The position numbers and the translations under genes are program-made. Shown here piece after piece: positions 51,372 to 64,000 of a stretch of 64,000 nt of DNA. Numbering within the stretch: the first letter of the stretch is position 1; every line of letters begins with the position of its first letter. The notes under the pieces are model-generated. The model saw only the letters and a program-made list of their open reading frames with translations, made no database searches and was not told where the DNA came from. Source of the stretch: Trichoplax sp. H2 (taxonomy: Eukaryota); NCBI GenBank assembly GCA_003344405.1, contig NOWV01000133.1, positions 62,001 through 126,000 of the forward strand, given 5' to 3'.

Positions 51372-54300
51372 ATGGCCAACATCGATAGCGAAAAAGGTAT
51401 ACTCATAATTACTCAATTATTTCTGGCAATCTTTCGTGAGATTAATTATAACAATTTGTAAGCTTAGGCAAGTAAATGACATTATAATACAATGTAATGA
51501 TTCAACGTCAATAACATCGAAATAACTTGCTGTATAGGAATACTGTACACGTACTCGTACGTATGTAGGGTCTTGAAATGCCGTGTTGTTTTGTAGAGTT
51601 ATTTCATAAAAAATGAAAGAATGCTAATTAATCTTATCATATCTTAGTCAAATCACTTTTAGATCAATTGGAAGCAGCCAAGTACGTCGACGAAATTTTC
51701 GATATCGCCGATGAATTCGACTGGGACATCGATGATAGTAAAATCGAACCATTGAGGAGACAAGCTATACAGAACACACTCAAACTGCTGCCTAATGAAA
51801 ATCAAAATACATATCAAGATGTAAGTGCCGCAATTGTTTCAACTGATATTTATCAGCAGTTTACTTTAACAATTATGGACGCAGTAGATTCATCAGTGCA
51901 CGCAGCGCAATCTTCAATTAACATGTAGAATTAACAAGTGTAGAATATCACATTTGTATAATACTATAAATAATCAATCACGATTATTATTATGCAATCT
52001 GTGGTAATAGCAAGTTTGTAACGTACTAAATTTGATAATATCGAATTAACGCAAACATACAACAGCAATCTAAATGTACTAATGCTATATATAGTAATAC
52101 ATCACATTAAATGTACAATCTAATAAATACAGCGTGGCGTAGTATATAGTAGTATCAACTGCATATTGAAGAAAAGTATAAAAGATCTATATTTAAGAAT
52201 GTATTAGTTATAGGATAATCTGAAAACACTCCAGTTTTCAACTGAAATTGGTCTATAATTTCTTTTAACAATTATTAACTTTTCGATCGAATAATAAAAA
52301 ATCCCAAATAATAATTACAAAGTAGTCAAAGTAGCGTATAAATGACTTATACTGCTAAAACGAATTTAACGAGATCGATTGGTTAGTATTAAAATAATTA
52401 TCTTTAGTACCTTATATAAGATTACTACCATGTATAGTATGGACGATGTCTGATAGCTCATTTATAATATTGTGACGGAGTACAGACTCCGTAAATTAAT
52501 TATAGCGTTAGTTTCAGTAATTAAGATTTTATTAGTTGTTAATAACCTTTATTTATTAGGTACTCGTTAATTTTAATTTTATTAGTAGTCTAGTCTTACT
52601 TTTTGTAGACTCTATGCAGAATAGTGTACTTTCATTAGCTAGTTAGCTGACGATTGACCGTGTAGTATACGCGTGTAGTTAGAGTAGTCTTGGATGTCAA
52701 GACCACCTTGGTTTAATAAACTAATTTAAAAGCCTAAGTCTAGTTTACTCTTAGCCCGTTGGGGGCACATTTGGCTATTGTAGCCTTAATATTTATACTG
52801 ATTCAAAGACCCAGATTTCCTTGTCGTGAGCTGAACACGACAAATATTGACACAAACTGAAGCATAACCAAGAGTTATATCCGCAACTTAATTGTTATAG
52901 GAAATTGAAAAATTAAGTCGTATCAGTGTTGATGACAATACGGCAAGAAGCAAAATAAAAATTCTTCATGAAAGTGTTGAACGCCTGGTAAAGATAAGTA
53001 ATGAATCGTCTCTAATACATCAACGGGAAGAATATGAAAAAAATCTTAAGCGAAGTGATAATCATTCCACGCTAGAAGATTTTAAATATCCAGTTCTAGT
53101 TACGGGTAATGTTAATGATAATTATATAGTTATTTTTACATACTGGTAGTTTATATCATTAAATACCTATCTAGATCGAAATTAGATGCGGGATATTGCT
53201 GTTGTCAAATTTTATTGATTATGATAGAGAAATTCCATTTTCTTAGTTCAACTGTGGCAATGATAATGATAATTGATGAATATAGTAATTAACTATAATT
53301 CAATTTTAGGTGAAACTAGTGCTGGAAAATCCTCTTTGCTGAATTATCTACTTGGTATAGAGTTATTGTCAACTCATACACTAAGTTGTACTAATAAAAT
53401 ATGTGAAATCAGATATGGTGAGATGCCAAAAATTGACATAATCAATGCTGACAGTGGTGATAAAATCAGTACTAATAGTTGGCCGCTAGATAGTAAAGAT
53501 TCTGCCATAAAAGAAATTCGGTCATTAACCACGGATGAAGGTCTTTTTGGGCACCTTAATAAGGCTAGTGGAATGAAAGAAGGTGAAGATCCATCCAATC
53601 AGCCATTGATATTGGATGAAGATGTTTCCCAATACTCTAGTGAGAATCATGAAGTAAGACCAGGTGAAGACCCATTGACCCAGACGTCGATGCTAGATTG
53701 TCTTTCCCGACACCCTAAGCAAGAAAATAACATAACAGCGCATAAAGACTCTCAAGATCAGTTATCAACACCAGAAAACTGCTTCCAAAACACTAACACA
53801 GATAACGAAAAGAAAGTAAGAAGAGACTCATCAAATCAGTCGGTAACATCGGAGGAAAACCTTTATCGATCCCTGCACGAGGACTTTGAAGCGGTGGCAA
53901 GAAAATTACCATTCAATCAGTCAGTAATCTCTGATGAAGACCTTTACCAACGATCTAATATGGGTAATGAGATGATGTTAAGTGAATCCTCATCTAGTTT
54001 GACGTTTATATCGGAAGATCCTTTGCAACATTCTGACGAGGATGACGAAATGATAGAAAGTAAAAGCAAGCCTAATATACTAATTAGAATACATTGGCCG
54101 TCTAAATTCCTTAAGGTAAGGACGCGATGGTGTCAAAAATCCTAATTACGTGTATCAAATCATATTTTGTAAACAACTGTTTTATTGAATACATAGAAGC
54201 TTATCTAAGAAAGCAATATCATTCATTTTATTTTTCTCAAATATTTACTTAATATGTTCAGTGTACAATTAAATTACTTGTACTTAATAGTAATATAACA

Positions 54301-57300
54301 TCATTGTGCAAACGATTTAATACTATATTTTCTTTACGGTACTGTTGTTTTACTAGCACCTCAAGTAATTCATTGTATCGCGCTCTAACAGTTTTAAAAT
54401 AGAGTTACTTACTTGAGTGATTATGTTTAAGGGTGGCATGCAAATTGTTGACAGCCCAGGGATTGGCGAGAAAGAGAATATACCAAAGGTCTTGAAAAAG
54501 TACATTTACAAGGCAGTTGCCTACGTTATTGTTATCGATTCTGGTAATGCTGGAGGGATACAGGAGGGAAGGGTAAAGTATATTTGAATAGAACTATATA
54601 GAGAAAGGTAATTTACATGATGTTTTATCCAATGTTTGATTACGACTTCATTTGATGCTACATGACCTAGCTTCAAAACTTACTACAAGAAATATCCGGT
54701 GTACTGGGAAAGGATGGCTATTCGAGTTTTGAGTCTTCAATGGCTGTATTTGTTTGTAACAAATGGGACACCGTACCGTTTTCGGAAAGAGAAGAAGTGA
54801 AAAATGATAGTTTAAGAAAACTGAAACGCTGCTGGCCTACTATGGTGGAATCTCAAGTAATATTCTTATCAACTAAAATATTGTTGGAGGCTAGAGCTTA
54901 CAATCCCGATGCTTTAATATTACCGGAAGCTCATCGATTATTTGATAAGCTTATTGAGTTGATTCCTATTAGTCGTAAACGGAAACTTTTCAGATTTTAC
55001 AGGTTAGTATGTCATAGTCAAATAAGTATTAGCTAAAGAAATAATTCATACGGTATCTTTGCGATATTTTACTTTTATCTTCAGGTGTATGATAAAGTTC
55101 GTTGAAGAAGTTCAGGAAACATGTTGGTGCTATCTTCTGAAAGCAAATTCAGAAGATTATCGAAAACAAATCTGTGAAGACCAAGCAAAGGAATATCAGC
55201 TACTACAAAAAACACATGACTTATTTAAAACACTAGAAGCAGATAAAAATAAATTAATTGATGATGCAATAACGAAATATCTAAACTTACTTAAGTGTCT
55301 GAATTTTAAATCTATTGCTAAATGGTCTGAAAAGGACCTCGCAGATAAAGAATTTGAAGAAGATAATCTAAGGATACTACAAGAACATGCCGCTAAAAAA
55401 ATTAGAAATCGATTAAATACCCATCTGCAATCTATTGGTGAAACGATACATAATGATCTTTGGAGCAAGAACGATTCACTAATAGAAGAATTCAATGTTA
55501 AACTAGATGAAATCTTTCATTTAGTAGTACCTAACTCAATTGAATCTACTAATTCCTTTAAGCACAGATACAGGAGCAGTTTTGACTTGGATGAAAGAGT
55601 AGGATACTCAAACTTTTCAGAATTACATGGATTTTATGATTTATGGGCTGACATCGATGCAAAGAAAAGAACTGTTGTAATCCTTACTAGTCCAGTATGG
55701 GTGGCTCCAGTAGTCATAGCTAGTTCAATTAATCAACTTGCGAAATCATTCAGACGTAAACATAAACAAGAAGAGATTCAGACATATAAAAAAAAATTGG
55801 CAGAAGAAATGAGAATGAAGACACTGGAATATCTTGAGGATATTAGCTCGGAAGAGTTTGCCAGAAAATTTATCTTTGAAAAAATCAATTCATTTACCAA
55901 TACCGTAATAGAAAATGTTAAAATATCTATATCCAGATCATTAAATTCTAGAATTAAGGCCGCCAAAATTGTTTTAGAGGATAAATGCACGCCTAGAGAA
56001 ATCAATAAAATATATCGACCGATTGAAAAAGTAGCAGAAAAACTGCATTCCCAGTTACGTGATTTCTATTCGAAGGAGCTAGCTGTATCATCAGTCAAAT
56101 TCAATAATCTACGTGGATATGATGAAAAATCTACTGCGATATCCTTAGGATTAAAGGTCAATTTATATCGGGCAAGTATCTATATAAGCGGTAAAGAAAT
56201 TAAGGTCATTATCCAAGTTCCGGTAAAGAAGTCTATGCGTGAAATGCATGACTTTACTAATAATTGCAACACCATTATGGCTAGGTAGGGCGCAGTTTTC
56301 ATCAATAGTAAAAAGAGATAGAGTGATAAAAAATTTTTTTTACACGCATATTAAAGCTAAAGAATCACTTTATTTCTTGCAATATTAAGAAAAGCAACTA
56401 CTATAATACATTCTTAATAATTAATTTATTTCATTTTTGATATATTTAATCTCTGTAATCAATTCTATGACTAGATCTCTAGAATCGACAAGTATCGCAA
56501 AATTTCTAGGTATTTGCCATTCTCCGAACGTAACAGCTATTGGAATTTTCGAAAATTCTCTTTTTACACTCGAAGACTTAATTCTATATGACCAAACCCT
56601 TATTGCCGAAGCTGATATGAATATTATTCGCCAAAATGATCCAGATGTAATACGATTAATGAAGATTTTTTCCATGGTTTATCAAATCATAGAAGGGATC
56701 AAATTCTTACATGAAAACGAACTGATTCATGCTCATTTGACGCTTGGGAATATTTTGGTAAATTGAACGGCTATTCAGCATAATTTCAAATTTAGATTAC
56801 AGTACTTCAGATATCGAAAATCTAGCTTGAAAAGCTGCTTTTAAGATAAGAAACGTCAATCTGGCAACTCAATAATTTATCGAATTAAAATTTTCTAAAG
56901 TTCGACCTAGTAATAATCCTTCATGATATTATTACTGATAAATTTCAGCAAGTCCTAAATATCAGCAATTTTTTATTTATTTTGATAATAGGTTTACTTC
57001 CAAGCAGATCGACTCAAATTAAAGCTATGTCATCTCATGAAAAATTGTGTAATTGATCCAAAGATTGATTTTGAAAAGTCCATACTCCATTATTTGGCAC
57101 CTGAAGTTTTGAAAGGTAAATACATTTATTATCGAATGCATTTGTTTGAGATCAATACCAATAGCTACAACCTTCCTTATTCTATCTCAGTTTGTGATTG
57201 TTGCATATATAGTTAGTAATAGATTAAATACGATATGTTAACCATAAAGGCATAAATAAAAGGAAACACTATATATGTACGTATATGATGATTGTATGAT

Positions 57301-57862
57301 AGTACTTGTAATACAGTAGGTGATAAATAACATTGTAAAAGGTGGACTGATAAGTTACTAATTGTAGTGCGAAGTATAAACTGTAATCGTATCGAGGTAT
57401 AACCTCGTGTTGCTATAAATACCGATCATCTATCTAATAATAAAATGTGGTTATCAATCTTACTCACGGAGTGAACTTATTATTGAAGAACATAACAGTG
57501 ATATAAACAGAACAATTATAGAGGTCTATTTTTGTATCACGTTATTAACTTGTTCTTCCACATTCAACGATATGTTAGATCGTAAATGTTTACAAGCTTC
57601 AGATATTTACAGCTTCGCAGTATTATTCTGGGAAATTTGGCATTGGAAATCGATACCAGAATTGTTTAGCTGGAATATCAATACTGATCCTGGTGAAAAA
57701 GTAAAGGATTTATTTGAAACAAACACACTTATTCCTAAGCTTCATAAAGATTTGTACAGTATTTGCTTTGATTCCTTTGCTGTTAATCCTAAAGAAAGAC
57801 CGGATATTTTTTCTTGGTATGATACGTTTCAAATGCTAGAGAGTACAGTTAACTGCAGATAA
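51372..57862 (+). CDS. Gene B: dynamin-like GTPase fused to a C-terminal pseudokinase (DSTYK-like architecture), ~1190 aa, 10 exons
   Basis: Exons 51372-51396, 51648-51820, 52901-53105, 53310-54115, 54432-54572, 54671-55002, 55085-56284, 56475-56757, 56992-57115, 57579-57862 splice in frame; GETSAGKS, VDSPGIGE, CNKWD; hydrophobic VVILTSPVWVAPVVI; kinase-fold motifs GIKFLHENELIHAHLTLGNIL, YLAPE, SDIYSFAVLFWEI, PKERP. Confidence 0.88.
52471..52842 (+). mobile_element. Solo LTR (372 bp, internally deleted) in intron 2 of gene B
   Basis: TGTGACGGAG...ACACGACA termini; AATAT TSD at 52466-52470 and 52843-52847; homologous to 14103-14741. Confidence 0.9.
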
Positions 57863-58229
57863 ATGATATTATAAAAATACTATCAGCTTTGCATTGTCAA
57901 TACAAGGAATACTTGAGTCTTACATAGACGATTGTGTATTGTAAGAAATGTATTTAGTCCCAATTGCGATTTAAATCTTTGACTGCAGCAACCACTACAG
58001 GTTCTAGAGCTTTGTAATGAAGATTAATTTTTAGAATTTTCCTTCAAGTTCTGATATTGTAATTATTCTAGCTTAGTTTTTGTATCGCGATAAGTATTCT
58101 TGCTTTAAAAATATAACTTATTTGGTAGTGTAATAAATGCATCCCATCGTAATTATCTTAGTCAAATGGTATTTTCTAAAAGGCTTTATTACAAAATTTT
58201 AGGAATAGTAGAGCAATAATTAATTACTG

Positions 58230-58660
58230 CAAGAATCTAGTCTAAAATCTAAAGTATTCCGAGCTCAAAGTGAAGTAAAGTCTCTTTTCTGTCGTGAGGT
58301 CATCTCTACAGTACTTATGAAACATTTCGTAAAATCCATTTATGACAACTTGATTAATCTACAATCAGACATGAGTAGTCAACCAAAATACTTTTCAAAT
58401 AGTGCATCATTATCTTCTACAATCTAAATCATTCTACTTAAGATGTCACTACACTTCTAGTAACGTCTAGCCCCTTTCTCTGAAGGGCATCTTAACAACT
58501 ACAGTGTTTCTAGCCACATAAATCTTGTACCATAACTAGTCGACTGGCTAGTCTTAGTCATCGACAATTTCTAATATAGTAGTTAGCAATCATCTAATAT
58601 TAGCTTCATGATAATATCTATTCAGAATAACCTAACTATATCAAATATAGCTATCCGTAT
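58230..58660. repeat. Old dispersed repeat, copy 1 (copy 2 at ~63330-63760)
   Basis: Colinear shared blocks GAGCTCAAA, TACAATCAGAC, CTTGTACCATAA.TAGT.GACTGGCTA, AATTTCTAATAT, CTAATATTAG, TAACTATATCAAA.ATAGCTATC. Confidence 0.75.
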
Positions 58661-58684
58661 AATTAAATATGGGTGAATCACTAC

Positions 58685-58890
58685 AGGTTGATAATAGTAG
58701 AAGATTTTACTTAAAATTTTAGTATATTGTAAACCCGACTGCTTTATTCGGGTTAGAATTTAAAAGAATTTGTAGAATAATTTTTGCTAAGAATCAGATA
58801 ATGTGATTTTTTAATTCAAGCAAATGAATTTAATTCATAAAATATATGTGTGCTAAGTTTTGATCATTAATTACAGTAGAAGTTAATGTT
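58685..58890. repeat. Dispersed repeat, copy 2 of 1345-1545
   Basis: Same TGTAAACCCGACTGCTTTATTCGGGTTAGAATTTAA core at 58728. Confidence 0.7.
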
Positions 58891-60043
58891 ACTTTGTAAT
58901 TTCATACAGTATGAACCCAAACGTTTGATCTGGGTTCTAATTTAAGATTGTTATTTTGTTTTAGTGTTGTAGTGAAGCACCGATAAACTTAAGACTAAGA
59001 TTATAGAATAGTACGGAAATAGATAAATTGTACGTTAGGTTGTAAGATTGCCTAAGTGTCTAATTGTGGAAGATGTTTTCAGTACGTGTTGTAGTAATTA
59101 TATTGAGATGCTTATGTTATATTAAGATTCTGAAAATTATGAAGTAATAGCGCGATAGTAAATTTAGATATGAACTTCTAACTTAATTGGTAAGATATGA
59201 TTGTACTTGAAGGAAAATCATTGAGTAACTAATTAAACATAAATCGTGAATATTGCTGTAATAATTTAGGTAGTCCTTGGTAGTTGTGAGACGAACCTAA
59301 CCTTATGTAATAAAATGAAGTTTACAAGAAACTATAGTTCTTGTTATATTTTTGAGAAGACACTTTATCACAAGTGTATATTGTAGAAATGTATAGTTTC
59401 AAACTAAACTATACTTAGTATTAATTTAGTAGTTTTCGGAAATCTAGGGTATAACTTATCTTATCATGTGTGTTTGATCGCTAGTTTAATTTGGAGTACT
59501 TTAGAATGATAGTTGGATGTTTATATCATTTCGCTAATTAAAATGCTACATTTTATAAGTTCGTTATTACTACTCAGCTACATTGTTGAGTTTATTGAAT
59601 TATGAAATCAAGGTTGAAAGCGTATTCAGTTTGAAGGAATTTAAATTGCCGAATAGGGTTTATAATTGTTAGTTGTCTCTCCTCTTCGACAGGAGTCTAA
59701 TTGTTCTTTAAAGTCTTATATAGTTTCTAATCCCCCGGTACGGACATTATACTTTATACAGATCCTTTATGCCGTTTTAAAGCTTGCTATTTCACTGATT
59801 TCATTTTTATTTATAATATACGAGTATGCCATTCCTAGTTTCTAGCCGTAGTTCGGAAAATATATAGTAAGAAAATTTTTCTATGGCAAAATTTAAATCA
59901 AATCCTTGATACTAAAAAGTGACAAAAAACAGAAATTAAATTTTTAGGTTTATTCTATACGTCTTTAATGATATGTAATAATGAATAGAACTTAATAACT
60001 TCATATCACATTTGAAGTCTAAATGGTAAAATTAATTAACTAT

Positions 60044-60165
60044 TGTGATAAAATCCGATCGCTATACTTCTAAAGCTGTAAAAAATTAAAATTTTATTAG
60101 ATCTAATACAAGGACTAGCTGTACACAGCTCTATTCTAGCCGGATACAATCACTGAAAGACTTCT
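60044..60165 (-). mobile_element. Diverged reverse-orientation copy of the 142-bp TIR element
   Basis: TGTGATAAAATCCGATC...TTTATTAGAT..AATACAA.GACTAGCT...AAAGACTTCT aligns with the reverse complement of ~28995-29112; the second terminus has decayed. Confidence 0.7.
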
Positions 60166-61741
60166 AGAAATATATGATTTACAATTCTATTTCTACCTCT
60201 AACCTTATTAGTAGCTCAACATCTTACTGTATATAGTCATCTGTGCTATAGCACGGAGTCTATCCTTACCGTCTACAATTGTGGGCTACTAAATATATCG
60301 AAAGGTAAATATAGAAAAGACACTACCGTACATCATACTAAACATGGCTAATATTCTACAATCACAATACTAAGTTACTTTACAACTATATACTTAAACT
60401 TATAAAATTTACGTTTATAAATATTATTATACAGTAAGTTATTCTGCTACTACAAGATACTTACAGTACCTAGATGCTAAAGCTGCTTTATAACCAACCT
60501 GATATTCAATGCTATATCTGGTGTTACGAGGATCGCAAAGTGAATCTTTAGCATTAGAAATTGCTTAATATTCGTATCTCAATTTATTAGGTTTATCTGT
60601 TAACGAAGGCATATTCTGTAGTATTTTAAGTTTTAATATAAGATACTATCTTAAAGATTAATTAGTGAGATTGCGGGCAGTGTATAAAGAGATCCTTTCA
60701 AAATAGCCTTAGGTGACGAAAGTATTAACAAAACTTTTAATGCAATAGAATTAGACGTCACATTCATGGTACCCATATTCATTATAAGAATAGTAATTCT
60801 ATAAACAATTTGTCCAATTATATGATAAAAGAGTCAAGTAATAATTTTATTTATTCAATAAGATAACGGGCTATTTACTCTGTAATAGTAACATTATAGA
60901 AAACAAAATATCGGATTGTACAGTTATTGTATTGTTTTTTGAGTTCATTTATTCTTATCTCGTGTAAAGAAGCTTAATACTTCAACTTATAATTATTAAT
61001 AATTTAAAGCGGTCGCACGTACCATGCCTTTACTGAATAGTACTATTAATATAAATTTTAAATCATCGTGATATGCTGCCGCCATACTAAATAGTATTAC
61101 ACATTTTCATACTACACAATATAAACGAAATTTATTGCTGTAAAATCTACCCAGTTAGGAAATAATGCTAGATATAAAGCCCACAATAGCCGAAAAAATT
61201 CGAGCAAAGGAAGCTAATAGTATTAGAAAATATAATCATACTATGCGAATATTGTATACCAGATTACTATACAAGGATAATCGATTTACATAGCGATTTA
61301 TTGACAAAGTAGATATATAATTTTTAATGTATAAAGTTATATGGTCTAGTTCATGAAGTAGCAATATATTTTATCATCCACAACTAAATCATAATAATAC
61401 ATGACAGTGTCATTCTTTTATTTTAAGCTATACATGAATACTCCAAGCTGAGACCGCTTTGAATTGTTGACCTATTGTTTATTTCATCTAATGATTAAAA
61501 AAACGGTAAACAGACTTGTGTAGCTGCTCCGGCTACTAGTGATTTAAGTTCTATATAGATCATTAGGAAACGGCACAATCAGCATTAATTTAAACGTATA
61601 GATATAAATCTGCCTCGGCGGTAAGGTATCAGTACACATCGGTAACGTGGAGCGCGCTCAATTTTTTTCCTACAGAGGCATAGAAGCTAAAATAATCTAA
61701 CCGAAGCCGATTCAATACCGTGCAACAGACTCACTACTAAT

Positions 61742-62172
61742 ATGGATATTTCAGGTATAATATCTTCAAATGGTCTTCATTATATTCATGAAACTTTTAA
61801 TAAGTTAATATATGATCAGCACTAGATTTTAGGCCAGAATACTCTTGAATAGTGTAATTAGTAATGGCACTAATGTAAATAATATCGTAGGTATGGTTTC
61901 ACATCCATAATATTGTGTTTGATGAAATTAAAAATGTTAGTTCACCAGTAATTTTGTTCTAAATAATGAAATAACTAACGTATTCGAATTTAACTTTAGT
62001 TGAGTCACTTTTAGAGGAGTTGGATGCCGCTAAAGAGTTATCTGTACTATTCGACATTGCCGATTCACTAGGATTGGATATTAATGCAACGGATATCTCA
62101 GAATTCAAGAATAAGCTTACTCAATGCGTACGTCAGTTGCAGCCTAACGAAAAACAAGTTACATATCATGAT
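61742..62172 (+). CDS. Gene D: 5' exons of a paralogue of gene B (presumably continues beyond the window)
   Basis: Exons 61742-61754 (MDIS, phase 1) and 62000-62172 (173 nt, same length and phases as gene B exon 2): VESLLEELDAAKELSVLFDIAD...LQPNEKQVTYHD vs VKSLLDQLEAAKYVDEIFDIAD...LLPNENQNTYQD. Confidence 0.82.
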
Positions 62173-63329
62173 GTAAGTACTTGCTTCAATTATTTTTTCG
62201 AAAAGTTTATTAACGCTAATTGATCCTTTACTGACACAAAAAATCAATTATAGATACTATATCATCTTTATACCATTTCTATTTCATTTTTATGTGTTGT
62301 CACTAACCAACTTTTTGATGAGGTTTACGTCAAGATAAATCTCTCAATTTCTAAAGTCTCTAAGATTCAGTATCCCTTAAATACTCACAAGAACTTAGAT
62401 GCCTTTGCTTCTAGGTTATAAAACTAGCCAACTGATTTTATTCAATTATTTACTGAGCTTATATATCTCTCGGAAGTAGCTAACATTGATGAATCGTTTT
62501 GCAACAATAATTGTCAATAATAATTATCGATACTGACATCTACTGATTGATTCTATATAATTGGACCTCAGTATGTCCATTCACAGAGTCATTTCAGTAC
62601 ACCTGCTATCTACTATTAGTCAGAATTCTGTTACAAGAGCTTGTACTGTATTCGATTACTATAAAAGAATTTTATTACAGTACAATAAAAAAATTTGGTG
62701 TAAAATGTTATAACTCCAGTGATTCCTACTTTAAGCTATTAATTGTAATCTCCTAATATAAATGTTAAAGTCGTAAAGTTTGCTTATTTGATTCTCCACA
62801 GTAGTTTGTACCGTAACAGTATTAATGATATCAAATAATATTGAGATGTTTAAAGATCTCACATAAAATATCGCATAAAGTGATTTCACTCTGTAATGGA
62901 AAGAGATTTAGCTTATTTTAATTCATTACTAGTTAACACGAAACATTGTCATCTTTAACATTTAGTTATAACATAATATTATTGTCTTTAACATTAATGG
63001 ATATTATATTTATGATAGCCAATCAATAGAAAAGTAACATTCCAACTTGCCTATCTATTACAGCCTCTGGCACAAAATACAAGTAACTAGTTTTTAATAA
63101 TACTACCATTCAAAACTAGTCTTAACTAGCTGAGCAATCTCTTCAAAAAGAGTGCTAAACTTTGTCAAAATCTATCGATTATATTATATACGATACTTTA
63201 TGAAATAAGAATTGATCTAACTTTGATAAAAGTATCGCATAAAATAATCGTCTTAGATTATATAGTTTTTATAAAATAAGGCTTCTATGGCAAAATTTAA
63301 GATTAGTGAAGTAATAATTAGTTTAGAAC

Positions 63330-63760
63330 AATAATCCAATCTAAATTGTCCTGAGCTCAAACAAAGGGAAGTCTAATCTAGGTTCATCTGTGTCGTTGTT
63401 AAATGGATTTCCTTTAGTCAAATTACGGCAACAAAGTTGTTTACAATCAGACGTGAATCATTGAACAGGATGCTTTTCCATAAATAGATCATCACTATGT
63501 TTTGCAATATAAATGAATCTGCTTTAAAATATCGCTACTCTTCTGTTAATGTTCAATATCACAAGATTCTGAGCATCTTCACAATTACAGCACTCAAGTC
63601 ACATCAACCTTGTACCATAATTAGTTGACTGGCTAATATTAGCAATCAATAATTTCTAATATGGTATTTAGCATTCACCTAATATTAGTGGCGGGTAATG
63701 AGCTAGTCACGGTAATAACTATTCTTAGAAACATAACTATATCAAAAATAGCTATCAATG
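63330..63760. repeat. Old dispersed repeat, copy 2 of 58230-58660
   Basis: Colinear diverged match to 58230-58660; ends approximate. Confidence 0.75.
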
Positions 63761-64000
63761 CAATTGAATATAAATTCGTACTCAATCGGGTACACCTGCA
63801 TTATCAAACCGATATACAGCGTTCATGAGTAGAATCTATGGATATTCATTCTAGGATTGCTAGCATTGCCATGAAATTGATATCCTAGTTCTCAATCAAG
63901 CATCGAACTTATCATGTAGCAATAATTACTAATTTGTCGATTGTTGCTAATTATTTGAAGGAATCTGAAGAAGTGGTTTTCAATGCTTCTACATCTAATG

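Noticed and set aside
46202-57862. Bacterial contamination or recent HGT of a dynamin-like operon
   Set aside because: Both genes have multiple GT-AG introns at shared positions, and a host LTR lies inside gene B.

Overview
AT-rich, intron-dense animal genomic DNA. The apicortin gene points to a placozoan, Trichoplax-like source (inference). The left 37 kb is a tandem cluster of four short-type ABCC/MRP4-like exporters (+ 3' end only, +, -, +). It is interrupted by tandem repeats, solo LTRs and a ~205-bp satellite that appears to derive from LRR-coding sequence, and copy 2 carries an in-frame stop next to an ectopic copy of a downstream exon. The middle holds a two-exon apicortin gene (partial p25alpha plus DCX domain) with a near-perfect RFX X-box upstream. 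The right third is a divergent cluster of dynamin-like GTPase genes: a minus-strand GTPase with a glycine-rich membrane hairpin lies head-to-head with a plus-strand DSTYK-like GTPase-pseudokinase fusion. Each has a same-type neighbour on its outer side (one pseudogene fragment, one gene running out of the window). This cluster is the best candidate for an undescribed membrane-remodelling or immune system. Exon boundaries were read by eye and no searches were run.
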